Below, piece by piece: positions 10,050 through 19,643 of a DNA stretch of 64,000 nucleotides; position 1 is the first letter of the stretch, and every line of letters starts with the position of its first letter. The notes under the pieces were generated by a model that saw only the letters and a program-made list of their open reading frames with translations, was not told the origin of the DNA and made no database searches. The DNA lies in the NCBI GenBank assembly GCA_031411295.1, contig JANOAV010000124.1, positions 1-64,000 on the forward strand, read 5' to 3'. The position numbers and the translations under genes were made by a program. The DNA comes from Verrucomicrobiales bacterium. Its GTDB lineage: Bacteria; Verrucomicrobiota; Verrucomicrobiia; Verrucomicrobiales; V1-33.

Positions 10050-10961
10050 ATGGCGCTCATTGAACTAAACAACGTCACCAAGGCCTTCGACTCCAACGTC
10101 ATCCTGCAGGGCACTAACCTGACGGTGAACCAAGGGGAGTTCGTCTCCATCATTGGTTACTCTGGGTCCGGGAAGACCACCTTGATCTCCCTCATTGCTG
10201 GCTTGCAAAAGCCCACCAGCGGAGAGGCGAAATTCAATGGCGAGGTCATTACGGGCACGGGATTGGAGCGCGGCATGGTCTTTCAGAATTACTCTCTGCT
10301 GCCGTGGCTTACCGTGGAGGAAAACGTCGCGCTCGCAGTGGAGGCAGCCTTTCCCACCTGGGGAGCAGCCCAGCGCGCGGAGCACGTGGCGAAATATGTC
10401 AAAATGGTGAATCTCAGTCATGCCGCCAAGAAATTCCCCAAGGAACTCAGCGGCGGCATGAGACAGCGCGTTTCGGTGGCTCGCGCCTTGTCCATGGAAC
10501 CCAAAGTGTTGCTGTTGGATGAACCGTTGAGTGCCTTGGATGCACTGACCCGCGCCACCTTGCAGGATGAGATCTCCGCTATCTGGGAAGCGACGCGCAC
10601 CACCGTGATTTGGATCACCAATGACCCGGATGAAGCCTTGCTGTTGGCTGACCGCGTCATTCCCCTTACTCCCGGCCCTGCCGCCAAACTCGGGCCGGAA
10701 ATCCTCGTGCCACTGCCGCGCCCACGGGATCGCAAAACCATCGGGGCCTCCAAGGAGTTCAAAGCCCTTCGCGCCGAATTAGTGGACTGGCTCATTGCTG
10801 CCAAAGGAGCCCAACGCACCACCCTGACGCGTAAGTTCGTGCTGCCGGACATTCTGCCGGAAGATCTCACGACCAAGAACTCCCTGCAATTCCTGCAACG
10901 CCGTGGCCCCCGTCGGCGCTATGAAGTCAATGCCGAAGAAGTGGAAGTCACTCAAGCTTAA
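10050..10961 (+). CDS. nrtC: Nitrate ABC transporter ATP-binding protein (H-loop His replaced by Asn)
   Basis: Walker A GYSGSGKT, LSGGMRQ, LLLDEP; WITND where THD is canonical. Confidence 0.85.
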   Translation: MALIELNNVTKAFDSNVILQGTNLTVNQGEFVSIIGYSGSGKTTLISLIAGLQKPTSGEAKFNGEVITGTGLERGMVFQNYSLLPWLTVEENVALAVEAAFPTWGAAQRAEHVAKYVKMVNLSHAAKKFPKELSGGMRQRVSVARALSMEPKVLLLDEPLSALDALTRATLQDEISAIWEATRTTVIWITNDPDEALLLADRVIPLTPGPAAKLGPEILVPLPRPRDRKTIGASKEFKALRAELVDWLIAAKGAQRTTLTRKFVLPDILPEDLTTKNSLQFLQRRGPRRRYEVNAEEVEVTQA

Positions 10962-10979
10962 CCCCCGCTAATTTTCCTC

Positions 10980-11855
10980 ATGAATCCCCCTCCTAAACTT
11001 CCCATGCTGGAAATAGATCGCCTGAGTAAGGCGTATCCCAGCGCCACGGGTCCCAGCGTCATTGTTAAAGAGTTCAGTCTGAAGCTGATTCCAGGCGAGT
11101 TCTGTGCGCTCATCGGTCACTCCGGTTGCGGCAAATCAACTGTGCTTTCAATGGTGGCTGGTTTGACGGACATCACCTCCGGCAGCGTCATCCTGGCGGG
11201 TAAAGAAAGCGTCGGTCCCGGACCAGATCGGGGCGTGGTGTTCCAATCTCCCTGCCTCCTGCCCTGGCTCAGCGCCTTGGGAAACGTCATGCTAGGAGTG
11301 GACCAAGTTTACTTCACGGCCAGCAAGCAAGAGCGAAAGCAAATTGCCGAATACTACCTCAGCGTCGTCGGTCTGTCGGAAGCGATGGATAAGTTTCCGG
11401 GTGAACTCTCGCAGGGCATGCGGCAACGCGTGGGCATCGCCCGCGCCTTTGCCCTGCAGCCGAAAATGTTGCTGCTGGATGAACCCTTTGGAATGTTGGA
11501 TTCCCTCACGCGCATCGAGTTGCATGGCGTGTTGTTGGACCTCTGGAAGAAATTTCAAATCACGACACTGATGGTAACCCATGATGTGGATGAAGCCATC
11601 TACCTGAGCGACCGCGTGGTAATGATGACCGACGGTCCGGAAGCGGAGATCGGAGAGATCGTCAAAGTGCCGTTCGAACGGCCCCGCAAGCGCACCGAAC
11701 TGATGCAGACCGAAGCCTATGGCGAGCTGCGCAATGATCTGCTCGATTTCCTCAACCATCGCTCCCATCTGCGTCCCAGTAAAATTGCTGGCCTAGCACC
11801 CATGTCATCCCAACTACCTGGGCCCACTGCTGTGGCCGAACTCCAGTGTGGCTGA
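10980..11855 (+). CDS. nrtD: Nitrate ABC transporter ATP-binding protein
   Basis: [32 protein letters not shown]. Confidence 0.88.
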   Translation: MNPPPKLPMLEIDRLSKAYPSATGPSVIVKEFSLKLIPGEFCALIGHSGCGKSTVLSMVAGLTDITSGSVILAGKESVGPGPDRGVVFQSPCLLPWLSALGNVMLGVDQVYFTASKQERKQIAEYYLSVVGLSEAMDKFPGELSQGMRQRVGIARAFALQPKMLLLDEPFGMLDSLTRIELHGVLLDLWKKFQITTLMVTHDVDEAIYLSDRVVMMTDGPEAEIGEIVKVPFERPRKRTELMQTEAYGELRNDLLDFLNHRSHLRPSKIAGLAPMSSQLPGPTAVAELQCG

Positions 11856-11983
11856 AGGCAGCGAACTGCTTCCATTGCCATGCTCCTCAAAAAACTCCGC
11901 AGCCGCTGGAGACGTGGTCCCGCGTGCCAATCACCTAAACTTTCTTGCATCCTACCGAACCCAAACCCAAAACAAACAAACTG

Positions 11984-13354
11984 ATGAAACTAAAACTAAC
12001 TCCACTTATCTATTTCTCTGCGCTGACCTTGCTCAGCGCACCGGCTTATGCTGGACCAACCGCTCCCGGCAAGGCGCCCGCGCCTCCGATGCCAACCACC
12101 GAAAAGAATCCACTCTCCTTCTTCGGCGGGAAATTGGTCTTCGATTTCCAGGAGCGCCTGCGCTTCGAAGCTCGGGAAAACAATTTTGACTTCAACAGTG
12201 GCGTTGATTCCCTAACGGATGACTCCTGGCTCTTGGAGCGCACCCGTCTGGGAGTGAAGCTGGCCCCATTGGACTGGCTGACCTTTTATGTGCAAGCGCA
12301 GGATACTCGCGAATTCGGAGCGGATCGCCCGAACGTGATCGGCAGCCTGGGTGCTGAAGGGGATGACACCGTCGATATCCGCCAAGCCTATGTCGAAATT
12401 GGCGATCCCAAGAAATTCAGCCTCAAAGCAGGACGGCAAGTGCTGAGCTATGGCGACCAACGTCTGGTTGGCCCGCTGGACTGGTCGAATCCGTCCCGCA
12501 CCTTTGATGCGGTGAAATTGCGCTATGTCGATCCTGGCTTCACGATTGATCTCTTCTCCGCCTCGCTGGTGAAAATGGAGGACAAAAAGTTCAACAAATC
12601 TGACTGGATCAATAGCGACAGCACACGGAATCAAATTTTCAGTGGAGTCTATTTCACCACCAATGCCTTGGATTTCCAAGCCACCGAACTCTACGCCTTC
12701 CAACTGCATGAGGAATACGCCACCGGAGACACTGACTTCATTACGCTGGGCACACACCTCAAAGGCGATCCCAAGAAACTGGGTGGAGTTGATTATGACA
12801 TTGAGGGAGCGGTGCAGTTTGGTGATGTCAAAGGCAAGTCCCTGACAGCTTACGCCGGGCACGCTGGCGTGGGTTACAACTGGCTGGCCTCCAGCTTGAA
12901 GCCACGGATCGGTATTGAAGCCAACTATGGCTCAGGTGACGGCAACTCCAAGGACGGCAAGGTGGAAACATTCCAAAATCTGTTTCCTACGAACCACATG
13001 TTTTACGGCTATATGGACACTTTCAGTTGGCAGAATATGGCGGAAATCGCCCTCACCAGCAGTATCACCCCAACGGCCTCCACCAAGGTTATGCTGGACT
13101 ATCATGTGCTCTGGTTGGCTGACACTAACGACGCCTGGTATCGTGCGAACGGTGCTACCGCCGTGCGCCCCATCAAAGGTGATGCCAGCAACTTTGCTGG
13201 CTCTGAGATCGACCTGACGGTGAGCTGGAAAGCCACCAAGAACCTCAGTTTCCTGGCGGGTTATAGCCACTTCTTCGCTGGCGGCTATCTGGGTGACACC
13301 GGAAGCAAGTCCGACGCCGACTTCGCCTACGTCCAAGCCACCCTGGAGTTCTAG
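11984..13354 (+). CDS. Alginate-export-family outer membrane beta-barrel
   Basis: Signal peptide; GRQVLSYGDQRLVG, RTFDAVKL, FQNLFPTNH; C-terminal Phe. Confidence 0.85.
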   Translation: MKLKLTPLIYFSALTLLSAPAYAGPTAPGKAPAPPMPTTEKNPLSFFGGKLVFDFQERLRFEARENNFDFNSGVDSLTDDSWLLERTRLGVKLAPLDWLTFYVQAQDTREFGADRPNVIGSLGAEGDDTVDIRQAYVEIGDPKKFSLKAGRQVLSYGDQRLVGPLDWSNPSRTFDAVKLRYVDPGFTIDLFSASLVKMEDKKFNKSDWINSDSTRNQIFSGVYFTTNALDFQATELYAFQLHEEYATGDTDFITLGTHLKGDPKKLGGVDYDIEGAVQFGDVKGKSLTAYAGHAGVGYNWLASSLKPRIGIEANYGSGDGNSKDGKVETFQNLFPTNHMFYGYMDTFSWQNMAEIALTSSITPTASTKVMLDYHVLWLADTNDAWYRANGATAVRPIKGDASNFAGSEIDLTVSWKATKNLSFLAGYSHFFAGGYLGDTGSKSDADFAYVQATLEF

Positions 13355-13601
13355 CATTTGGTATTGCTGCAAGTAAAAAACCAAGGCGCGGAGCCGAGGC
13401 GAGAGATCGCTTCCGTTTCGCGCCTTTTCGTTGCGCCCCCACAGCGTCAAGTGATCTGCGATGTCCGCCACTTCGGAACCCGTAGTGACACCTCACAATG
13501 GCAGGAAGCCAGATGATCCCCAGCAGGCCCCGCGCGTCTCTCCGACTGAAGTTTGGTTACGTGACTGGTGGGATCTAGTGTTTGATCACAATGCACTAAC
13601 G

Positions 13602-13688
13602 GTAGGGTGAGCGCCTCGCTCACCGCACTGGCAAGCTCTGGGGACGAGGGCGTCCCCGAAACAAAGATTGGAAGGGCGCTCCCTCTAC
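13602..13688. repeat. GTAG-type REP/REPIN-like composite element, copy 1
   Basis: GTAG+GGTGAGCG-CCT-CGCTCACC hairpin, GGGGACG-AGGG-CGTCCCC hairpin, ends CCCTCTAC; related copy at 32735-32859. Confidence 0.75.
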
Positions 13689-13741
13689 GCTGTTTAGTCC
13701 GTAAGGAATCGATTTGGTGCGGGCTACTTTGGAGCAGAACT

Positions 13742-13903
13742 GTGTTGGTGGCCGGTATTGATGGCCTTTTTGACGTCGTGTATGCCTTAGGCGCCTTCGT
13801 AACGGTCGTAATCACAGGGACGGCCATCGGTTATGAGGATGATGAGTTTTCGTCTGGCCCGTTGGGCCATGAACAACTCCTGATCATGGCGCAACACTGC
13901 GCC
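13742..13903 (-). pseudogene. norD: NorD-like VWA domain fragment with in-frame stop
   Basis: Minus strand reads GAVLRHDQELFMAQRARRKLIILITDGRPCDYDRYEGA*GIHDVKKAINTGHQH, resembling the NorD/CbbO motif TDGxPxDxDxYEGxYG; TAA at 13787-13789. Confidence 0.75.
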
Positions 13904-13926
13904 ATCCGCAGCAGGTTGTGGGACGG

Positions 13927-13954
13927 AAAGCGGCAGCAGGCTGCCGCAGTCCAA
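13927..13954. repeat. REP-like hairpin
   Basis: Minus strand TTGGACT-GCGGCAGC-CT-GCTGCCGC-TTT; could also terminate the nirK operon. Confidence 0.55.
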
Positions 13955-13987
13955 GGTGGCTTTGTCACGGTTCGTTGAGCGGAGGGC

Positions 13988-14455
13988 TCAGGGGGTGTCG
14001 GCGGTGGCTTTTTCCTTATAGGCGGCGTAACGGGCGCGTTGCTCTGGGGTGAGGTTGGCGGGATCGAAGCGGGGATCGGGGATGGCGTTGATTTTGCCGT
14101 GGATCACATTGGCCATATCGGTGGCGCAGTTCTTGATGTGTTCGGCGTGTTCGCCTGCGAAGAGATCGTCCACCGTGCCTTTGAACAGGGTGAGCCAGCG
14201 GTCGAACTGGGGTTTCCCCATCTGGGTTAGCGGGGTCAATTTCGCATGAGCGGCCAGCGGGTTGCCGGTGTAGCCACCGCTGCGGAAAATGACGGTTTCC
14301 CAGAAGGCATACATTTTCGGAAGGTGCGTGGTCCAGTTGGTTTTGGCGACGTCGTTGAAGATGAAGCCTAGCAGATCGTCCTCGCGAACTCGCTCGTAGA
14401 ACGTATTGACAAGCAGTTCTATTTCCGGGCGGCCGTTCAGATCTGGGAGGGACAT
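13988..14455 (-). CDS. Group III truncated hemoglobin
   Basis: LVNTFYERVREDDLLGFIF, W..HLPKMYAFWETV, YTGNPLAAH, FDRWLTLF. Confidence 0.9.
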   Translation of the reverse strand: MSLPDLNGRPEIELLVNTFYERVREDDLLGFIFNDVAKTNWTTHLPKMYAFWETVIFRSGGYTGNPLAAHAKLTPLTQMGKPQFDRWLTLFKGTVDDLFAGEHAEHIKNCATDMANVIHGKINAIPDPRFDPANLTPEQRARYAAYKEKATADTP

Positions 14456-14468
14456 TGAATTGTGGGGA

Positions 14469-15797
14469 CTAAAATTTAATACCTGACATCAGGTAAACGA
14501 AATCGGCATCGTCGCTCTGGCCGCTGCTGCTCAGATAGTTTCCCGCAAAGAAATGTGAATAGCCAGCGGTGAGGGTGAACGAGGTGCAGGGGTTCCAACT
14601 CACAAGCGCATCCACTTCGGTGCCAGCAAAAGAACTGGCGGAGCTGGTGACGGGCCGCACGGTGGTCTTGGCGTTGGCGCGGCGCCAGGCATCACCTGTC
14701 TCCGCCAGCCAGAACGCGTGCACGTCCACTCCGGCAGTGATTTGCTTAATGGGTTTGGCGCTCAGGTGGAGCACCACGTCATGCAGGTTGCTCCAGGAGA
14801 ACAAATCCATGAAGCCGTAATGCGGATGGTTGGTGGGAAACAAATTTTGGAATGCGCCCTGGTCGTTGTCGGCGGCACTTTTGTCGCCACTGCCGAAGCT
14901 GTATTCCAAGCCCAGACGGGGTTTGCCGCTGACGGGAATGGTGTAGCCTGCTTCGACATAGGTGGCGCAGGCGGATAAATCCTTGCCTGCGGCGGTGCCG
15001 TTTTGGTAGGCGAATTCAGCTTCATAATCCCAATTTCCAAGCGCCTCTGGAACGGATTTCCAATGGGTTCCGAACGTTAGGAAATGATCATCGCGATCTT
15101 CGTCGTTGAGGTGCAGGACGTAGATTTCCGTGTCCTGGGGGCCGGTCTTGGGAAGGTGGGCATAGATGCCGGAGAAGACACTGTCACGATCGCTTTGATC
15201 AAAGCCGGTGCGGTCTGGCACGACGACGGAGGACGCGAATGCGTCCACCCACAAGCCGTCCTGGCCGGTCCAGCGGAGTTTCACGGCATCGAAGGTGCGG
15301 GATATGTTACTCCATTCCAAGGGACCGATGAGCCGCTGATCGCCATATTGCAGGACTTGGCGGCCAACTTTGAGGGTCAACGAGGATGATTTGCTATCAC
15401 CAAGTTCCAGATAGGCTTGGCGGAAATCGAACGGGTTGTCTCCTTCGGCACCGAACTGGCCGGGAATATTGGGACGATTGCTGCCGATTTCGCGACTGTC
15501 CTGGCCTTGGATGTAAAGCGACATCCAACTGGTGGGCTTCAACAGGAGACCAACGCGGAACCGATTGAGGAGCCACGAGTCATCGTTTACTGAGTTGACC
15601 GAATTGTTGAAATCGAAATTGTTTTCGCGGAACTCGAAGCGCGTTTGATCTTCCAGGCTCAAGGTGATGCGACCGTCTGCGAAGGACAATGGATTGGCCG
15701 CTGGAGGAGGGACCATTGGAATGACTGGCGTTGGTGCTGGGCCTGCGAAAGCGAGGGAATTTAAGACGGTGACGAATGTTAGGGTAGTGGCTTTCAT
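14469..15797 (-). CDS. Alginate-export-family outer membrane beta-barrel (paralog of 11984-13354)
   Basis: RENNFDFN, DDSWLL, GRQVLQYGDQRLIG, FQNLFPTNH; C-terminal Phe. Confidence 0.85.
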   Translation of the reverse strand: MKATTLTFVTVLNSLAFAGPAPTPVIPMVPPPAANPLSFADGRITLSLEDQTRFEFRENNFDFNNSVNSVNDDSWLLNRFRVGLLLKPTSWMSLYIQGQDSREIGSNRPNIPGQFGAEGDNPFDFRQAYLELGDSKSSSLTLKVGRQVLQYGDQRLIGPLEWSNISRTFDAVKLRWTGQDGLWVDAFASSVVVPDRTGFDQSDRDSVFSGIYAHLPKTGPQDTEIYVLHLNDEDRDDHFLTFGTHWKSVPEALGNWDYEAEFAYQNGTAAGKDLSACATYVEAGYTIPVSGKPRLGLEYSFGSGDKSAADNDQGAFQNLFPTNHPHYGFMDLFSWSNLHDVVLHLSAKPIKQITAGVDVHAFWLAETGDAWRRANAKTTVRPVTSSASSFAGTEVDALVSWNPCTSFTLTAGYSHFFAGNYLSSSGQSDDADFVYLMSGIKF

Positions 15798-15808
15798 GAA
15801 ATGGGAGT

Positions 15809-17119
15809 TCAGGGAGTGGTAAGGAGTTTTTTGATCGCATCGACAGACGGTTTGATATCAGCACCGATTTCTACTTCGCGATGGATGACTTTGCCCTGGG
15901 CATCGATCACCGCAATGAGATTCGAATGCGCGAAGTCTTGTTCCACTTGCTGATATTGAAAGGCCAGAGTCACAGCGAGATCCCGAATTCCTTCGGCGGA
16001 GCCATTGAGAAATTCCCAATTCGCCAAATCGATTTTTCGCTCGGTGGCGAATGCTTTGAGTTTCTCAGAAGTGTCGCGCGTGGGATCGATGGAGATGAAG
16101 ACAAAACCGATCTTGGCCGCATCTGCGCCCAGGGCCGTTTCGATGCGTTGCAGATCCCCGACGATACGTGGGCAAGCGTAACGGCAGGAGGTGAAGCCCA
16201 TGGTCACGACGCGCACTTTGCCTGCGAGACTCGATAGCTGGATGTCCTTTTTATTTAGCGAGTCCCATTTCGAAGTCAGTTCGTAGGGTGAAGCAGCGAC
16301 TGCTGTCGGTGCGGTTGGGGGATCCTCCCGTAAGGATTTCGCAGTGCGGAAGCCAAGACTGCCAATACAATAGTTTCCCTTCAAACTGGAGCGAAACGCA
16401 TACCGCATGAAGGCGGCGTAATTGCTAACATCACTTGCGAGCAGAGAGCCGGCCCCGCAGAAAAGTTTGCGTTCCAGTGAGTCATCGCCCCGGGAATCTC
16501 CGACGATCATGGTGGAGTTGAAATCATGCACCCATTCCCAGACCAAGCCATGGAGACCGCGCAGACCATAGACGTTGGCTTCGCTCGTGGTCACGTCCGG
16601 GAGCACGCCGAGGGTGGGCTTGGCATACCATTCGAGCAATTTGCGAAGGAATTGCTGATCCGTGCTGGCATCGATGCGGGTGGCATCCGCCCGGGCGGCA
16701 AATTCCCATTCATCCTGCGTGGGCAGGCGTTGGCTATGGGACTCGGCATAAGCGCGGGCTGCAAACCAGGAAACGTTCGTCACGGGAGCTTTCGCCATTT
16801 TCTCTGCTTCCGGACCCAGATCCAGATCGCCCGCCCAATCACGCAGGTAATTGGCGTCGGCCATTTCCTTGGACACTTTGGAGCGCTGCCAAGTCGGATG
16901 CTCACGCACGAAGGCAAGGAACTGGGCATTAGTCACGGGCACCTCGCTGAGGAAGCACCCAGGCGCAATGCGTGGTTTTACTTCCTTGGCGTAGAGCGGC
17001 TTGTAAGTTCCACCGGGCAGATAAATCATGCCCGGTGGAGGCGTGGGCGCATCCGGTGCGCCAAGCGCGCCGACGGTTAGTAAAATGGAGCAGAGAAAAT
17101 TTCCCAGGAGTTGTTTCAT
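15809..17119 (-). CDS. FGE-sulfatase (NirV-like) domain fused to SCO copper chaperone
   Basis: PVTNVSWFAARAY, RLPTQDEWEFAA, GLVWEW, LGFR; then FTSCRYACP (CxxxC), ISIDPTRDT, FAHSN. Confidence 0.85.
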   Translation of the reverse strand: MKQLLGNFLCSILLTVGALGAPDAPTPPPGMIYLPGGTYKPLYAKEVKPRIAPGCFLSEVPVTNAQFLAFVREHPTWQRSKVSKEMADANYLRDWAGDLDLGPEAEKMAKAPVTNVSWFAARAYAESHSQRLPTQDEWEFAARADATRIDASTDQQFLRKLLEWYAKPTLGVLPDVTTSEANVYGLRGLHGLVWEWVHDFNSTMIVGDSRGDDSLERKLFCGAGSLLASDVSNYAAFMRYAFRSSLKGNYCIGSLGFRTAKSLREDPPTAPTAVAASPYELTSKWDSLNKKDIQLSSLAGKVRVVTMGFTSCRYACPRIVGDLQRIETALGADAAKIGFVFISIDPTRDTSEKLKAFATERKIDLANWEFLNGSAEGIRDLAVTLAFQYQQVEQDFAHSNLIAVIDAQGKVIHREVEIGADIKPSVDAIKKLLTTP

Positions 17120-17128
17120 AGGAAAGGA

Positions 17129-18715
17129 TTAATGAGCCGGCGCACCCGCAGGAGCAGGGGCTCCGGCTGCACGCACTTCCTTGACGGTGTCCGGCAGCAC
17201 TTCGGTGCCGTTGTTACCCCATTGGTTGTAAACGTAAGTTAGGGCATTGGCCACCTGCTCGTCGTTCAAGCCCAACTGCGGCATGATGCTGTTAAAAACC
17301 GCACCATTGACGGTGACTGGACCAGTCAGGCCATGCAAGACGGTGCTGATGGCGCGCTTCGGGTCGGCATTCAGGTAATCAGACTTCGCCAGCGGAGGAA
17401 AGGCTTGCATGATGCCCTGACCTTCGGCTTGGTGGCAGGCCATGCAGATGGTGGTATAGATCATTTTGCCGCGAGCAATGCGCTCCTCCTTGTTACCCGC
17501 TGCGGCTTGAAGACTGCTGGCTTGGGGAATTGTTTGAACAGTAGCACCTTCGAGTTGATAGACGAGATCATTTTGTTTACCCGAATAAACGAGTTTGTTC
17601 TCGTCACCCGTGACTTTCAACATACCGATGGCACCCTTGTTGAAGGCGCGGAAAATGGAGTGATCCACCAGGATGTAAGTCCCCGGAACTTCCGTGGCGA
17701 AGTCCACAATGGCCGATCCGCCAGCAGGAACCATCGTCGTTTGCACCTGATGTTGGGCTGGCAGCGTGCCACCTTCGGTGTAAACGTTGTCGAAGATTTC
17801 CCCGATGACATGGAAGGAGGAGGTCAAGTTAGGCCCGCCGTTCCCCACGAACAGACGAACTTTTTCACCCACCTTGGCAGGCATCGCGTTGTCTCCGGCA
17901 ATGGCACCGACGGAACCATTGAAGACCACGTAGTCAGGAGTTTCGGTGAGGGCTTTCTCCATGTTGAAGGGTTGCAAGCCGGCCTCGCCATAGGCTCCCT
18001 TGGTGTAGAACTCGGATTGCATGACGTAGTATTCCTTATCCACGGCGGGCAGCGGCGTTTTCGGCTGCACGTAGATCAGACCATACATGCCATTGGCAAT
18101 GTGCATCCCGACGGGAGCCGTAGCGCAATGATAGACGTAGAGCCCAGGATTGATGGCCTTGAATGAGAAGACAGATTCATGGCCGGGAGCGGTAAAACTA
18201 GCCGCCGCGCCCCCGCCCTGACCGGTCACAGCGTGAAGGTCGATGTTGTGCGGCATTTTGCTGTCGGGGCGATTCGCAAGGTGAAATTCCACTTCATCAC
18301 CATGGCGCACACGGATAAATTTCCCCGGCACACTACCGCCGAACGTCCAGAACATGTAGTCCACGCCATCGGCCATGCGTTTGACGATTTCGCGCACTTC
18401 CAATTTCACAATTACCTTGGTGGCATTGGTGCGCGTGATGACAGGAGGGACCAGCGGGGCATCCGTCAGCGCGGCATTTTCCTGACCTGTAACCACATCA
18501 TTCTTGGCATCAGCAGCTGTGAAATCGGAAGCGGCACCAGCGGAGGCAGGCGCGGCAGCTACAGGGGCCGCGGGAGCACCATACTTGGCCATTTCTTTGG
18601 CGTAGGCGGCTTGGGCGAGCGCATCGTTGCTGGAAGATCCGCGATCTCCGCAGCTGGTGAGAACCAGAGAAGCAAGGAGTAATGTGGCCGATTGGGTATG
18701 TCTAAAGCGAATCAT
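17129..18715 (-). CDS. nirK: Copper nitrite reductase lipoprotein with C-terminal cytochrome c
   Basis: Lipobox LTSC; HNIDLH, YHCA..HIANGM, SFHVIG, LVDH copper motifs; CMACH heme motif. Confidence 0.95.
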   Translation of the reverse strand: MIRFRHTQSATLLLASLVLTSCGDRGSSSNDALAQAAYAKEMAKYGAPAAPVAAAPASAGAASDFTAADAKNDVVTGQENAALTDAPLVPPVITRTNATKVIVKLEVREIVKRMADGVDYMFWTFGGSVPGKFIRVRHGDEVEFHLANRPDSKMPHNIDLHAVTGQGGGAAASFTAPGHESVFSFKAINPGLYVYHCATAPVGMHIANGMYGLIYVQPKTPLPAVDKEYYVMQSEFYTKGAYGEAGLQPFNMEKALTETPDYVVFNGSVGAIAGDNAMPAKVGEKVRLFVGNGGPNLTSSFHVIGEIFDNVYTEGGTLPAQHQVQTTMVPAGGSAIVDFATEVPGTYILVDHSIFRAFNKGAIGMLKVTGDENKLVYSGKQNDLVYQLEGATVQTIPQASSLQAAAGNKEERIARGKMIYTTICMACHQAEGQGIMQAFPPLAKSDYLNADPKRAISTVLHGLTGPVTVNGAVFNSIMPQLGLNDEQVANALTYVYNQWGNNGTEVLPDTVKEVRAAGAPAPAGAPAH

Positions 18716-18796
18716 AAGGTGAATGGTAGATGGTGTCTGGGTTCATCATATGATGTCATTTTAATTGTCTGCGGCAAGTCCGCCCGGCCTTGCCGT

Positions 18797-18810
18797 TTGA
18801 CGCAGGTCAA
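18797..18810. promoter_or_regulatory. FNR/DNR-type box
   Basis: TTGAC-GCAG-GTCAA perfect palindrome between divergent nirK and the Crp/Fnr gene. Confidence 0.85.
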
Positions 18811-18890
18811 TCTGAACACCTGAATTTCCAGCGGGACCGCCCCAATTTTTCTGGATTGCCAATCTCTTCTACCTTCAGTAACGGTGAACC

Positions 18891-19643
18891 ATGTCCGCTC
18901 TCTCTTCCGCCATTTCCTCCGCTGCCCTGCTCTCAGCGTTGCGCGGTTGCCGCATGTTTGAAAGCCTCGGGAGTGCTGAATTGCAGCGTATCGCGGAGTT
19001 TGCTTCCCTGCGACGGGTGGGGCGGGGGGAATTTCTTTTCCGGGAAGGGGAACCGACGAGTGGATTTTTCGTCACCCATTCCGGAGCCATCAATGTGCAT
19101 CGGATCGCTCCCGATGGCCGGGAGAAGACCATTCACATTTTTAGAAAAGGCGAATCATTTGCCGAGGCTACCCTGCCGGATGGCTCAGGCTATCCGGCCC
19201 ATGCCTGCTGTGTCGAGGACGGACATGTGGTCTTCATTCCCAGAGCGGAATTTCTGGATCTCCTCAAAATCCGCCCCGATCTCTCGCTGCGGATGTTGGC
19301 CTCCATGAGTCAGCATCTGCGAGTGCTGGTGAATGCGCTCGACGACCTGACGCAAAAGGATGTCGAAACGCGCCTCGCGATTTGGTTGCTCAAACGCTGT
19401 CCGCAGCCGATCACATCGGACCCCGTTGAGATCAAACTGGATATCACCAAGACCATGCTGGCTGGTGAATTGCGCATTCGCAATGAAACGCTGTCCCGCA
19501 CCATCGCCAAAATGCGAACCCTCAGTTTGATCGAATCCAAAGGCCGGACCGTCCGCATCCAGGATCCGCTCGGCTTGGCCGACTGGCTCGCAGGGACGTC
19601 CCGGGCCACGAATCATCAGGAGCAGGTTAGGATGATTGGATGA
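18891..19643 (+). CDS. Crp/Fnr family regulator (DNR/NnrR/HcpR-like)
   Basis: cNMP-fold LFREGE...GESFAE; HTH ETLSR; no N-terminal FNR cysteine cluster. Confidence 0.9.
   Translation: MSALSSAISSAALLSALRGCRMFESLGSAELQRIAEFASLRRVGRGEFLFREGEPTSGFFVTHSGAINVHRIAPDGREKTIHIFRKGESFAEATLPDGSGYPAHACCVEDGHVVFIPRAEFLDLLKIRPDLSLRMLASMSQHLRVLVNALDDLTQKDVETRLAIWLLKRCPQPITSDPVEIKLDITKTMLAGELRIRNETLSRTIAKMRTLSLIESKGRTVRIQDPLGLADWLAGTSRATNHQEQVRMIG

Noticed and set aside
13607..13978. 123-aa ORF sharing GDEGVPET with ORF 32678-32953
   Set aside because: The shared peptide comes from the REP-like DNA repeat; the rest is antisense to the norD remnant
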